From: Acidobacteriota bacterium
Lineage (GTDB): Bacteria > Acidobacteriota > CAIWXX01
Assembly (NCBI GenBank): GCA_016191015.1
Contig: JACPPM010000078.1
Location: 1,887 to 65,886 of the forward strand
DNA: 64,000 nucleotides
Reading direction: 5' to 3'
Below the pieces are notes generated by a model. It saw nothing but the letters and a program-made list of their open reading frames with translations. It was not told the origin of the DNA and did not search any database. Of the stretch, positions 22,840 to 32,376 are shown piece after piece. Both the position numbers and the translations under genes were made by a program. Position 1 is the stretch's first letter. Every line of letters starts with the position of its first letter.

Positions 22840-24761
22840 TCGAGTTCCTCGAGCTCCTCAGGGAGGAGATACGGGGGCGGGTGCCCGCACTGCGCGAGGT
22901 TGGGATCGCGTTCGAGTACCCGCCGAATCTCTCGATGGGAGATCTTTCGATTGCGGCGGCTTTCGAGCTGGCGAAGCAACAGAAGCGGAAGCCGCGCGAG
23001 ATCGCGACCGAGATCGCCGGTCAGATGCAGGGATTGGCATTCGTACGGCGTGTCGATGTGGCAGGCGGAGGGTACATTAATCTCTTCCTGGACCGGCCGG
23101 CCTTTCTGAAACGAATGCTCGATCCGAGATCCACGGAGGTGGGAGCAGGTCCTGGGGACGGTAAGGTCATCGTCGAGCACACGAACATCAATCCGAACAA
23201 GGCGGCGCACGTCGGGCATCTGCGCAATGCGGTTCTGGGTGACACCCTGGTCCGCCTCCTCAGGTTTCAGGGTCAAGAGGTCGAAGCGCAGAACTACATC
23301 GATGATACCGGCGTGCAAGTCGCGGATGTTGTCTGCGCGTTCATGCACGTGAAGAAGATGTCCCGCGAGCAGGTGGCGGCGATACCCGACCCCTTCGACT
23401 ACTACTGCTGGGATCTGTATGCCGAGTTCTCGACGCGGGTGACACAGGACAAGGAGTTGGAAGGAAGGCGAGAGGAGACGCTGCACCGGATCGAGCAGGG
23501 GGGAAACGAAACGGCCGAGCTCGCGCAAGAGGTCGCGACGCGAATCGTGAAGGCGCACCTGGCCACGATGGAGCGGATTGGGGTGCGATACGACCTTCTG
23601 GCCTGGGAGGGCGATATTATCCGCCGTCGGTTCTGGGCCACCTGCTTCGAGCTGCTGAAGGAAAAAGGGGCGGTCCATCTGGCCCTGGAAGGCAAGAACG
23701 CCGGGTGTTGGGTCATGGACCTGCCGGACCTCCCCGAAGCGGAAAAGGTCATCGTGCGGAGCAGCGGGGTCGTCACTTATGTCGGCAAGGACATCGCCTA
23801 CCAGATGTGGAAGTTCGGACTGCTGGGGATGGACTTCTTCTACAAGGTGTGGGCACGATACCCGGACGGATCGGTCGTCTGGACGACGACGGCTGACACA
23901 TCGGATGAGCACCCCGGGTTTGGGGGCGCATCGTCCGTGTACAACGTGATCGACGTGCGGCAGGCCTATCTCCAGAAGGTTGTCTACAAGGGGCTCGAGG
24001 CGCTGGGGTACCGGGAGCAGAGCGGTCGGTCGGTGCACTTTTCTTACGAGATGGTGGCATTGACTCCGGGGTGTGCGCGGGATCTCGGGTACGAGCTTTC
24101 CCCCGAGGACGAGAAACGGCCGTTTGTCGAGGTGTCTGGCCGCAAGGGGCTCGGCGTCAAGGCCGACGATCTGCTGACCGCGCTGGAGAGGAAGGCCTAC
24201 GACGAGGTCGCCCAGCGTAACCCGCAATACGACGACACCATGCTGCATGAGATGGCGCGATCGGTCGCCTCCGGCGCGCTGCGATATTTCATGCTCCGAT
24301 TCGGCCGGGCAAAGGTCCTCGCCTTCGACCTCAAAGAGGCCCTCAACTTCGACGGCGAGACCGGACCGTATCTGCAGTATGCCGCAGTCCGCGCTCGCAA
24401 TATCTTCGCGAAGCTGAAGGAGCGTGACGGGACGACGGCCGAAACCGTCCGGGGGATCGCGGCGGATGCCGCGAGCTACGCGTATCTGGATGAGGCCGAT
24501 GACATCTGGGACCTGGTGCTCTCGGCCGCGCGGATGGACGAGACCGTGGCCCAGGCGCTGTCGTCTCTCGAGCTCTCGCACGTGGCCAAGTATTCCTATA
24601 CACTCGCACAAAAATTCAACGGTTTCTACCACAAACACCCCATCCTGCATGAAGCTGATCCCGCGAAAAAGCAGCTCAGGATTCTGGCCGCCCACTACCT
24701 CTCGGGCACGATCCAGACGGCGCTGAACCTGCTCGGCATCGAGCTCCCGGAGAGGATGTGA
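22836..24761 (+). CDS. argS: Arginine--tRNA ligase
   Basis: 641 aa. The class I signature is NPNKAAHVGHLRN. ArgS N-terminal add-on domain. An anticodon-binding (DALR) C-terminus ending ...LLGIELPERM. Confidence 0.85.
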   Translation: MIEFLELLREEIRGRVPALREVGIAFEYPPNLSMGDLSIAAAFELAKQQKRKPREIATEIAGQMQGLAFVRRVDVAGGGYINLFLDRPAFLKRMLDPRSTEVGAGPGDGKVIVEHTNINPNKAAHVGHLRNAVLGDTLVRLLRFQGQEVEAQNYIDDTGVQVADVVCAFMHVKKMSREQVAAIPDPFDYYCWDLYAEFSTRVTQDKELEGRREETLHRIEQGGNETAELAQEVATRIVKAHLATMERIGVRYDLLAWEGDIIRRRFWATCFELLKEKGAVHLALEGKNAGCWVMDLPDLPEAEKVIVRSSGVVTYVGKDIAYQMWKFGLLGMDFFYKVWARYPDGSVVWTTTADTSDEHPGFGGASSVYNVIDVRQAYLQKVVYKGLEALGYREQSGRSVHFSYEMVALTPGCARDLGYELSPEDEKRPFVEVSGRKGLGVKADDLLTALERKAYDEVAQRNPQYDDTMLHEMARSVASGALRYFMLRFGRAKVLAFDLKEALNFDGETGPYLQYAAVRARNIFAKLKERDGTTAETVRGIAADAASYAYLDEADDIWDLVLSAARMDETVAQALSSLELSHVAKYSYTLAQKFNGFYHKHPILHEADPAKKQLRILAAHYLSGTIQTALNLLGIELPERM

Positions 24762-24891
24762 AACACGCACGCGAGTTTCTGAGTCATATGGGGGGTGGGA
24801 GTGTTTGCTGGCGGAATAGGGTGCGCGCGGAGTGCACGATGGTGAGCGCTCAGCACCCGGCACTCAGCACGGATCCGGATTTGGAGGAGGC

Positions 24892-25836
24892 ATGATCGAG
24901 GTCGAGAATCTGGGAAAGAAATACGGGGAACGGTACGCCGTCCAGAACCTGAACTTCTCCGTGAAAAAGGGGGAGATCCTCGGGTTTCTGGGACCCAACG
25001 GCGCAGGCAAGACGACGACAATGCGGATCCTGACCTGCTACCTGCCGGCCAATGAAGGGACGGCGCGTGTGGCCGGATTCGATGTGTTCAAGGAGAGCAT
25101 GCAGGTTCGCAAGCGGATCGGGTATCTGCCCGAAAACCCGCCGCTCTATCGTGAGATGGCGGTCTCGTCGTTTCTGGACTTCGTCTCGCGCATCAAGGGT
25201 GTGCCGCGCAGGAAGCGGGCCGGGAGAATCGAGTATGCGCTGAAGCGGTGCATAATCAACGACGTGAAGGACCGGTTGATCCAGCATCTTTCGAAGGGGT
25301 ACAGGCAGCGCGTCGGGCTCGCCGCCGCCCTCGTCAATGACCCTGAGGTCCTGATTCTCGATGAGCCGACCATAGGACTCGACCCGAAGCAGATCATCGA
25401 GATCCGCGAGCTGATCAAATCGCTCGCCGGCGACCACACCGTCATCCTGTCATCGCACATCCTGCCCGAGGTCACCCAGACCTGCCAGCGTGTGGTGATC
25501 ATCAACGAGGGGAAGGTGGTGGCCGAGGACTCGTTCGAGAATCTCTCCGAGCGGTTGCGGAAGGCCGAGCGGATCTCGCTGCAAGTGCGGCGGGACAGCG
25601 CGGAGATTGCCGAGAAGCTGGGAGCCATCGAAGGAGTCGTCAAGGTCTCTCCCGATGGGGAGGCGGCATATCTCATCGAGGCAAAGCTCGGTTCAGACGT
25701 ACGCGAAGAGATTTCGAGCGTGGTCGTTCGCGAGAACTGGGGGCTACTCGAGCTCAGCCCGATGAGGATGAGTATGGAGGATGTCTTCCTCAAACTGACC
25801 ACCGAGGAAGTGGGACTAACCGAATCGATACAGTGA
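24892..25836 (+). CDS. ABC transporter ATP-binding protein (GldA-like)
   Basis: Start at the internal Met MIEVENLGKKYG. Walker A GPNGAGKTT. Signature LSKGYRQR. Walker B ILDEPT. Confidence 0.85.
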   Translation: MIEVENLGKKYGERYAVQNLNFSVKKGEILGFLGPNGAGKTTTMRILTCYLPANEGTARVAGFDVFKESMQVRKRIGYLPENPPLYREMAVSSFLDFVSRIKGVPRRKRAGRIEYALKRCIINDVKDRLIQHLSKGYRQRVGLAAALVNDPEVLILDEPTIGLDPKQIIEIRELIKSLAGDHTVILSSHILPEVTQTCQRVVIINEGKVVAEDSFENLSERLRKAERISLQVRRDSAEIAEKLGAIEGVVKVSPDGEAAYLIEAKLGSDVREEISSVVVRENWGLLELSPMRMSMEDVFLKLTTEEVGLTESIQ

Positions 25837-26612
25837 GGTCGGACATGCGAAATATCTGGGCGATTTTGTTGAGGGAGCTCAAGTCATACTTCGTCTCCCC
25901 GATTGGATATGTTGTCACCGTGGTGTTCCTGATAATTTCCGGGTACTTCTTCTTTTATAGCCTCGTGTGGTTCAACATGCAGTGCATGCAGTTCATGCAG
26001 TACCCGCAGTATGCCAAGGAGCTGAACATCAACGAGATGGTCTTGCGCCCGTTGATGCAAAACATGACCGTTGTCTATCTGTTGGTCATTCCGCTTCTGA
26101 CGATGCGGCTGTTGGCCGAAGAGAGGAAGAACGGCACGGACGAGCTCCTACTCACCTCGCCCGTCACGATGAATCAGATCATCCTCGGGAAGTTCTCCGG
26201 GGCGATGGCGGCGGTGCTTCTCATGCTTGTCCTCACAGGTGTCTATCCCGCTTTTGCCTTCAAGTACTCGAACCCTGAGATCGGGCCGATTCTGAGCGGC
26301 TATCTGGGGCTCCTGTTCCTGGCAGCCTGCTTCGTCACGATCGGGCTCCTCTTTTCTGCACTGACCGAGAACCAGATCGTTGCTGCCGTGCTCACCTTCG
26401 GCGTCCTCCTGATCCTATGGATCATTGATTGGGCCGCCGAATCCGCGAGCTATTCGACGCGGGAGATCATCCAGTATCTCTCGGTGAGGGCCCATCTGGA
26501 CGAGTTGAGCAAGGGCGTGATCGATACGAAGGACATCGTGTTTTATCTGAGCTTCTCCATCTTCGGTCTGTTTCTCACGAAGATGGCGCTCGAGTCCCGG
26601 AGGTGGAGATGA
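25833..26612 (+). CDS. ABC-2 type permease (GldF-like)
   Basis: 259 aa with six predicted TM segments. Translationally coupled to the ATPase upstream. Confidence 0.75.
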   Translation: MRSDMRNIWAILLRELKSYFVSPIGYVVTVVFLIISGYFFFYSLVWFNMQCMQFMQYPQYAKELNINEMVLRPLMQNMTVVYLLVIPLLTMRLLAEERKNGTDELLLTSPVTMNQIILGKFSGAMAAVLLMLVLTGVYPAFAFKYSNPEIGPILSGYLGLLFLAACFVTIGLLFSALTENQIVAAVLTFGVLLILWIIDWAAESASYSTREIIQYLSVRAHLDELSKGVIDTKDIVFYLSFSIFGLFLTKMALESRRWR

Positions 26613-28192
26613 GAGTCATGAATGCATCTGTTATGAGATCCATCGCCGGAACAATCGGCATCGGTATGCTGGTAGCAGCCGGGGTTGTCTATCGAATCAA
26701 GCCCGACTGGAAGACCTACTGTCTGGTCGGTGCAGGCGTCGGTCTTGGACTCTTCATCATGTACCTGGTCCTGAACTGGGCCGAGGTGAAGAAGGCGTTG
26801 AGCGGCCGGTCGACGATCTACAGCGCGAACACCTTCCTGGCCATCGCCATGGTGCTCGGAATCATCGGTCTCGTCAACTTCCTCTCCAACCGGCACCACA
26901 AGAGATGGGACATCACCGAGGGGAAGATCCATTCGCTCTCCGACCAGTCCCTAAAAATTCTGGCGAACCTCGACAAGACGGCTCGGAAGGTGGAAGTCAG
27001 CGCGTTCTTCAAGGAAGGCGACGCGCCCGAGCGGAAAATGAAAGACCTGCTCACGATGTACCAAGCCGAATCGAGGGAGCTGAAGGTCCAATTCTACGAC
27101 CCCGCCAAGAACCCTGGCCTGGCGAAACGCTTCAGCATCGAAGAGTACAACACGACGGTCTTCACGAGCGGGGAGAAGGAAACCAAGATCACCGGCGTTG
27201 GCGAAGAAGAGATCACCAATGCCCTGATCCAGGTGAGCCGCGATCTGCGCAAGACCGTCTACTTTCTCGAGGGTCACGGTGAGGTCAACATAGCGGCCGC
27301 CGAACCCAACGGCTACACGATCGCCAAGGAGCGGCTCGAGAAGGACAACTACTTCGTCAAGAAGTTGCAGCTCGCGACCGCGCCCGCGTTTCCCCACGAC
27401 TGCGCAGTCCTGATTGTCGGCGGTCCGCAGGTAGCCGTGACGCCCCCCGAGCTGAAGGCCATCGACGACTATCTCAGCACGGGCGGCCGGGCCCTCTTCA
27501 TGGTCGATCCCAGGGCCGGGCCCGGGCTCGAGAGCTTTCTCATGCCATGGGGAGTGCGCCTCGGCGACGATATCATCGTCGACCGCGTCTCGCGCGTGTT
27601 CGGCGGGGACGAGCTCATGCCGATCGTTACCGCGTACGAAGAGCACGATCTCACCAAGAAGTTCAACTATGCCACCTTCTACCCTCTCGCGCGCTCGGTC
27701 GATACCGCAGACAAGAACGATCGGGGGGCGACCGACACGGTCGTGGGCAGATCCAGCGATCAGAGCTGGGCCGAGACCGATCCAAAGATCGCCGAATTCA
27801 ATGAGGGTACCGACCGGCTGGGCCCGATCCCCCTCATCGTTGCCGTCACGGCTGAAGGGAAGAAGAAAGAGAATGCCTCTGAGCCTGTCGAGTCGGAGAA
27901 GAAACTCGAAGAAAAGTCGCCACAGACGCGGCTGGTCGTCTTCGGAGACAGCGACTTCGCCAATAACACCTACTACACATTCTCCGGCAATATGAACCTC
28001 TTCCTCAACACCGTTGCCTGGCTTGCCGAGGAGGAGGACCTCATCAGCATCCGGCCCTCGACACAGGCCCCAAAGACGGTCGCACTGTCGCGAGAACAGG
28101 CGTCGCTCATCTTCTGGTCCACCATCATCATCCTGCCCGCGCTCGTGCTGGTGGCCGGGACCGGGGTGTGGGTGAGGCGCCGAAACAAGTAA
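26609..28192 (+). CDS. GldG-like ABC-transporter auxiliary protein (ABC_transp_aux domain)
   Basis: Start at the internal Met MRVMNASV, which overlaps the previous stop (ATGA). N- and C-terminal TM anchors flank a large periplasmic domain. The family block is FMVDPRAGPGLESFLMPWGVRLGDDIIVD. Confidence 0.7.
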   Translation: MRVMNASVMRSIAGTIGIGMLVAAGVVYRIKPDWKTYCLVGAGVGLGLFIMYLVLNWAEVKKALSGRSTIYSANTFLAIAMVLGIIGLVNFLSNRHHKRWDITEGKIHSLSDQSLKILANLDKTARKVEVSAFFKEGDAPERKMKDLLTMYQAESRELKVQFYDPAKNPGLAKRFSIEEYNTTVFTSGEKETKITGVGEEEITNALIQVSRDLRKTVYFLEGHGEVNIAAAEPNGYTIAKERLEKDNYFVKKLQLATAPAFPHDCAVLIVGGPQVAVTPPELKAIDDYLSTGGRALFMVDPRAGPGLESFLMPWGVRLGDDIIVDRVSRVFGGDELMPIVTAYEEHDLTKKFNYATFYPLARSVDTADKNDRGATDTVVGRSSDQSWAETDPKIAEFNEGTDRLGPIPLIVAVTAEGKKKENASEPVESEKKLEEKSPQTRLVVFGDSDFANNTYYTFSGNMNLFLNTVAWLAEEEDLISIRPSTQAPKTVALSREQASLIFWSTIIILPALVLVAGTGVWVRRRNK

Positions 28193-28272
28193 TACCGGGA
28201 TTGACGATTGAATCATTGCCGATTCAGTCATTGACCGGAACGGGTCAATCCAGTCGCTTTGGAAGTGATTCA

Positions 28273-29733
28273 ATGAAACAATGGTTCAATGATCCGACCG
28301 AGGTGCCTATGAATCTCAAGTCTACTCTCGCGCTTTTTCTCGTCCTGGCCGCGCTGGGCGGCTATGTCTACTACACGGAGATCCGCGGACATGAGGACCG
28401 GGACGAGGCAGATCGAAAGAAGGACCGCGTCTTCGACTTGAAAGAGGAGGATGTGGAGAAGCTCGAGCTCTTCACACTCGCCGACGAGAAGGCCGCGGTG
28501 CGGGTCGAACGCTCGGGAGCAGACAAGAAGGAGTGGAAGATCACGGCACCGTTGGCGACCGAGGGCGACAAGGGGGCCATCGGCGGCGTCATCTCCAGTC
28601 TCGCCTATCTGACGAGCCAGCGAATCGTCGAAGAGAACCCCAAGGACCTCGCCCCCTATGGACTCAAGGACACTCAGCACCACATTTCCCTCTGGATGAA
28701 AGGCAAGAAAGACCCGATCGTGCTCACGATCGGCGACAAGAGCACCATCGGCAACTCCTACTATGCATACAGGAAGGACACCGCCAAGGTGTTGATCCTG
28801 GACACGTCCTATGAGCAGTCCGTCCAGAAGGGGCTCTTCGACCTGCGCGAGAAGAAGATCTTCCCGATCGACGACGAGAAGGCGAAACGAATCGAGATCA
28901 CTCGTGTGTCGGACTCGATCGTCCTCGAGAAGGCCGCCCAGGGCTCGTGGCGCCTGCGCCAGCCGACGGAGGTCGAGGGGTCGAAATCGGCAGTGGAGGA
29001 TCTTCTGAGAGAGCTGAAGAACGCGGCGGCAACGAAATTCGCCCAGGAAGAGATGACCGAGGAAAAGGCATTCGGCTTCGACAAACCCCAGGCCAAGGTG
29101 AAGGTGGAGTTCGAGGGTTCGACCGTGCCGGCCGAACTGACGATCGGATCGAAAGGGACCCACGAGAACGACCTCTTCGCGCACTCTTCTCTCAACAAGT
29201 CAGTCGTCATGATCAATGAATCCGTCTTCAATGCCCTCACGAAGCTGGCGGTCGATTTCCGGGAGAAGAACGCCGTGGTCTTCGACCATTACGAGGTGAC
29301 GAAAGTTTCGGTCGTGTATCCCGACTCGACGATTACATGCATCAAATCCGGGGACTACGATTGGAAACTGGATGCGCCGGAGAAGGGCGAGGCCGAAGGG
29401 TCTCGGGTCGACGACCTCCTGTACGCCGCCGATGCCCTGGAGGCCAAGGAGTTCATCGATGAGCCGGACAAAGAGATGGGCAGGTACGGACTCGACAAGC
29501 CCAGGATGACTCTCCGTATCTGGCAGAAGGGCGACAAGGAGCCGCGTGTGGTCATGATCGGAGGTGAGGACCCGGCTAAGAGCCTCACCTACGTGAAGAA
29601 CCTGGCTGTGCCGTACATATTCATGGTGGAAACCGGCGCGACCGAGGATATGTTCCCCAAGCTCGACGAGTTCAAGAAGAAGCCTGAAAGCGAGACGAAG
29701 GCTGATAGCGTCGAAGAGGAAGGCGAGGAGTAG
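28273..29733 (+). CDS. DUF4340 domain protein (frequent GldG partner)
   Basis: Start at MKQWFNDPTEVPMNLKSTLALFLVLAALGGY (TM anchor). Three repeated DUF4340-like modules. An acidic C-terminus. Confidence 0.6.
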   Translation: MKQWFNDPTEVPMNLKSTLALFLVLAALGGYVYYTEIRGHEDRDEADRKKDRVFDLKEEDVEKLELFTLADEKAAVRVERSGADKKEWKITAPLATEGDKGAIGGVISSLAYLTSQRIVEENPKDLAPYGLKDTQHHISLWMKGKKDPIVLTIGDKSTIGNSYYAYRKDTAKVLILDTSYEQSVQKGLFDLREKKIFPIDDEKAKRIEITRVSDSIVLEKAAQGSWRLRQPTEVEGSKSAVEDLLRELKNAAATKFAQEEMTEEKAFGFDKPQAKVKVEFEGSTVPAELTIGSKGTHENDLFAHSSLNKSVVMINESVFNALTKLAVDFREKNAVVFDHYEVTKVSVVYPDSTITCIKSGDYDWKLDAPEKGEAEGSRVDDLLYAADALEAKEFIDEPDKEMGRYGLDKPRMTLRIWQKGDKEPRVVMIGGEDPAKSLTYVKNLAVPYIFMVETGATEDMFPKLDEFKKKPESETKADSVEEEGEE

Positions 29734-29947
29734 TCCCGAGCTACAGCACGAGGCTGCCCGAGAGCGCCTCCATTTAGGCCCTCGCGGTGAAACCCCCTCG
29801 ATTTGACATTTCCCCCGCTTGGGTTCAGATTTCTCTCCGCCCGTCGAGGTGGCGATAGTGGTCAGGGTGAAGCTCAGGGTCTTGGGAGGCGACTGGGGAG
29901 CGCGCGTTATCGTGTCATTATTTGATCATTGTGGATATTTTAAATAG

Positions 29948-31033
29948 ATGAAACGGAAATCTCGCGAGCTCTTGTATAGCCGCGACACGTTGAAGTTCGA
30001 GATTCTCTCGACTCCGATCAACCAGCTGGGACTGCAAATCAGAGCGACGTTGATAGACGAGGCCATCCGGCGGGTGAGGGAAGACATGATGCGCCTCTGG
30101 ATCACGCAACTCAATCCGACCTTCTACATCTCCAGCGGGTATGGGTGCGTGGAGGGGACGCGGAACATAGCGGTGGGCTTTTACGACTGCAATGATCTTC
30201 TTCGGGAGATGAACAAGGAGTTCCGAGGCTGGAGGCATGACCCGGCCGATTTGCTGCAGATCGTGCGTCACGAGGTCGGCCACGCGTTCTGCTACGCGTA
30301 CAAGCTGTACAGATCGAAGGAATTCCGCCACCTGTTCAACGTCAAAGGGCATTTCTTCAATACCTATCCGCAGAACGCGGGCCAGAGGCCGGACGAATGG
30401 AGTGCCGACTATGTGAACCCGGCCGGGGATTTCTACGCGCAAAAACACCCCGACGAAGACTTCGCGGAGACCTTCTCGGTCTGGATGACGCCTGAGATCG
30501 ACTGGCGGCAGCAGTTTGCGGCGAAGCACGGCGTGATGAGGAAGCTGGCATACGTGGAGAAGGTCGTCCAGGAATTCGGGCGCCACGAACCGCTGACCAA
30601 TGGCAATGCCAATGCGTTTCATGTGCCACTCGAGCAGCTTTCGATGACGGTTGCCGAATTCCTCGGTGCGAAGGTCTCACAGGTCAAGGCCTACCGCCGC
30701 CATGCGACCGGTTATGTCGATGGGGACCTGCGCGAGCTTTTCCAGGGACCGCCGAGGAGCCTCCCATTGAAGCGCGTTCGTCGCGAGTATCACAGGGCGA
30801 GCCGGTTTCTCCATTCCTACAAGCGACTGCTCGTCAACCGTGTCAGCTACTGGGTCGATGTGGACGAACGGATCGTCGCCGACCTCGTCGACAAGCTCTC
30901 CCTTCGAGCCCGCGCCACCGACCGCTACCTCAAGATCGCTGAGAGCGAAAGGAAGCTCATCGAGGTCACCTCCTACCTCGCCGTCCTCTCCCGCAATTTC
31001 AAAGCGACCGAGCAGTTCTTTCGAGCGGCGTAG
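29948..31033 (+). CDS. Putative zinc metallopeptidase (HExxH, Peptidase_Mx-like)
   Basis: 361 aa. HEVGH zincin motif with the downstream glutamate (DEDFAETFSVW) that is characteristic of this uncharacterised family. Confidence 0.5.
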   Translation: MKRKSRELLYSRDTLKFEILSTPINQLGLQIRATLIDEAIRRVREDMMRLWITQLNPTFYISSGYGCVEGTRNIAVGFYDCNDLLREMNKEFRGWRHDPADLLQIVRHEVGHAFCYAYKLYRSKEFRHLFNVKGHFFNTYPQNAGQRPDEWSADYVNPAGDFYAQKHPDEDFAETFSVWMTPEIDWRQQFAAKHGVMRKLAYVEKVVQEFGRHEPLTNGNANAFHVPLEQLSMTVAEFLGAKVSQVKAYRRHATGYVDGDLRELFQGPPRSLPLKRVRREYHRASRFLHSYKRLLVNRVSYWVDVDERIVADLVDKLSLRARATDRYLKIAESERKLIEVTSYLAVLSRNFKATEQFFRAA

Positions 31034-31341
31034 TGCGAACGGGGAGCGGCAAGGGTTCCCAAACTCCGCTCAGGATCGTCGTGCGTCAGTCTTGTGGGGC
31101 TCGTCGCGCGGCTTGTGATGAGAAAGACATTTCGGCTTTGATCGAGACTTTTTCAAACGCAAAGCCGGGAAGCCGCAAAGAATTCTGGCCCGATCCTCTG
31201 GCGTTGCGCCTTTGCGTTAGACCGGAAAAGGACTTGCCTACATCCGGTTCGAGGATCGGCGGATGCCCCACAACACTGAGGCGCTACCTCAGGAACGCAG
31301 AATGGTATCGATCTCCTCAGTGATATAATGCGCGCCGCCTC

Positions 31342-32166
31342 ATGAAGAGCTCAACGGGATTGCGAGATTGTAAGGGCGTCGTCGTGGAGCGCGCTTGCCG
31401 CGCCGTTGGCGTGGCGGTCGCAGCGTGCCTGGCTTCGGTTCTGACGGCGTGTTACCCCAAGTTCCAGCTCAGGGTGTACACAGATGTCGGCAGCGATGCC
31501 AGCGTTTCGAGGACCCTTACGTTCATGGGGGATGAGTTCTCCCCCCTCAGGCTTCCCGATGGCCCTCCGTGGAGCGTCGAATTGAAAAAGAGCAACTATT
31601 ATAAGGTGACCGCCTTCTTCCCCGACGCCGCGCAGCTCACCAACGACATCTCCTTCCCCCGCGAATACCCCAATCGGGAAACCTTCTCTGACGAGGACCG
31701 TGCCCTTCTCGCCGATCTGCGTATCAAGGAGTTCGGCCCATCGACCTTTTTCTCGAAAAACGATGTCTCGATCGTCCGGCGGAACTGGTTCTTCTTCACC
31801 GTGTACCGTTACACCGAATCTTTCCAGAACCGTAAGGTCATCGAAATGTTGCGCAAAGTCGAAGGCATCGACTCTTATAGCTATAAGATCCTGGGCAAGG
31901 ACGAGGACCTCGCACGGATCCTCTCGGGTATCAAGTTTATTTATGAGCTGAAGATGCCTGGCAGCCTGATCAAGACGAATTCCAAGAATGTCAGCGGCAA
32001 CTACTGCAGCTGGAATTTCTCGATGGCCGAGTTCAACTGGGGATACCGAGAATTCGTGCTCAAGGCCACCTCGATCAAGGTCGACTACCTGGCGATCGGC
32101 GGAACGGCTCTCGCCGTGGTCGCGCTGGTCTTTGCCCTGTACCTCTACCGGTCCCGGCGCCGCTAG
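31342..32166 (+). CDS. Hypothetical lipoprotein with a C-terminal TM anchor
   Basis: Lipobox LTAC after a signal sequence. C-terminal TM LAIGGTALAVVALVFALYLY-RSRRR. Confidence 0.5.
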   Translation: MKSSTGLRDCKGVVVERACRAVGVAVAACLASVLTACYPKFQLRVYTDVGSDASVSRTLTFMGDEFSPLRLPDGPPWSVELKKSNYYKVTAFFPDAAQLTNDISFPREYPNRETFSDEDRALLADLRIKEFGPSTFFSKNDVSIVRRNWFFFTVYRYTESFQNRKVIEMLRKVEGIDSYSYKILGKDEDLARILSGIKFIYELKMPGSLIKTNSKNVSGNYCSWNFSMAEFNWGYREFVLKATSIKVDYLAIGGTALAVVALVFALYLYRSRRR

Positions 32167-32376
32167 CCTGGATTCGATCAAGCGGCCAACCGCGGTCGCA
32201 GACTTAAGCGGAATGGTGTCCTGTTCACCCATCGCTGTGTCCATGTTGATTCAAACGATGACAGCACCCCAGAACAAAGAGGTTCTGCCGCGCCTCAGCC
32301 GCTGATGTTGGCCAAGTCTCCCCCTGTTCGAACCAAGCGCAATCATGTTATTGTATCACGAGGAACGTAACGTGCC

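Noticed and set aside
31225-31270. tRNA-like GGTTCGAGGATCGG segment near 31240, and a GTTCGAATCC string at about 45389.
   Set aside because: Neither can be folded into a cloverleaf with acceptor, D and anticodon arms. The first is a simple 6-bp hairpin in an intergenic region. The second lies in-frame within pseG.
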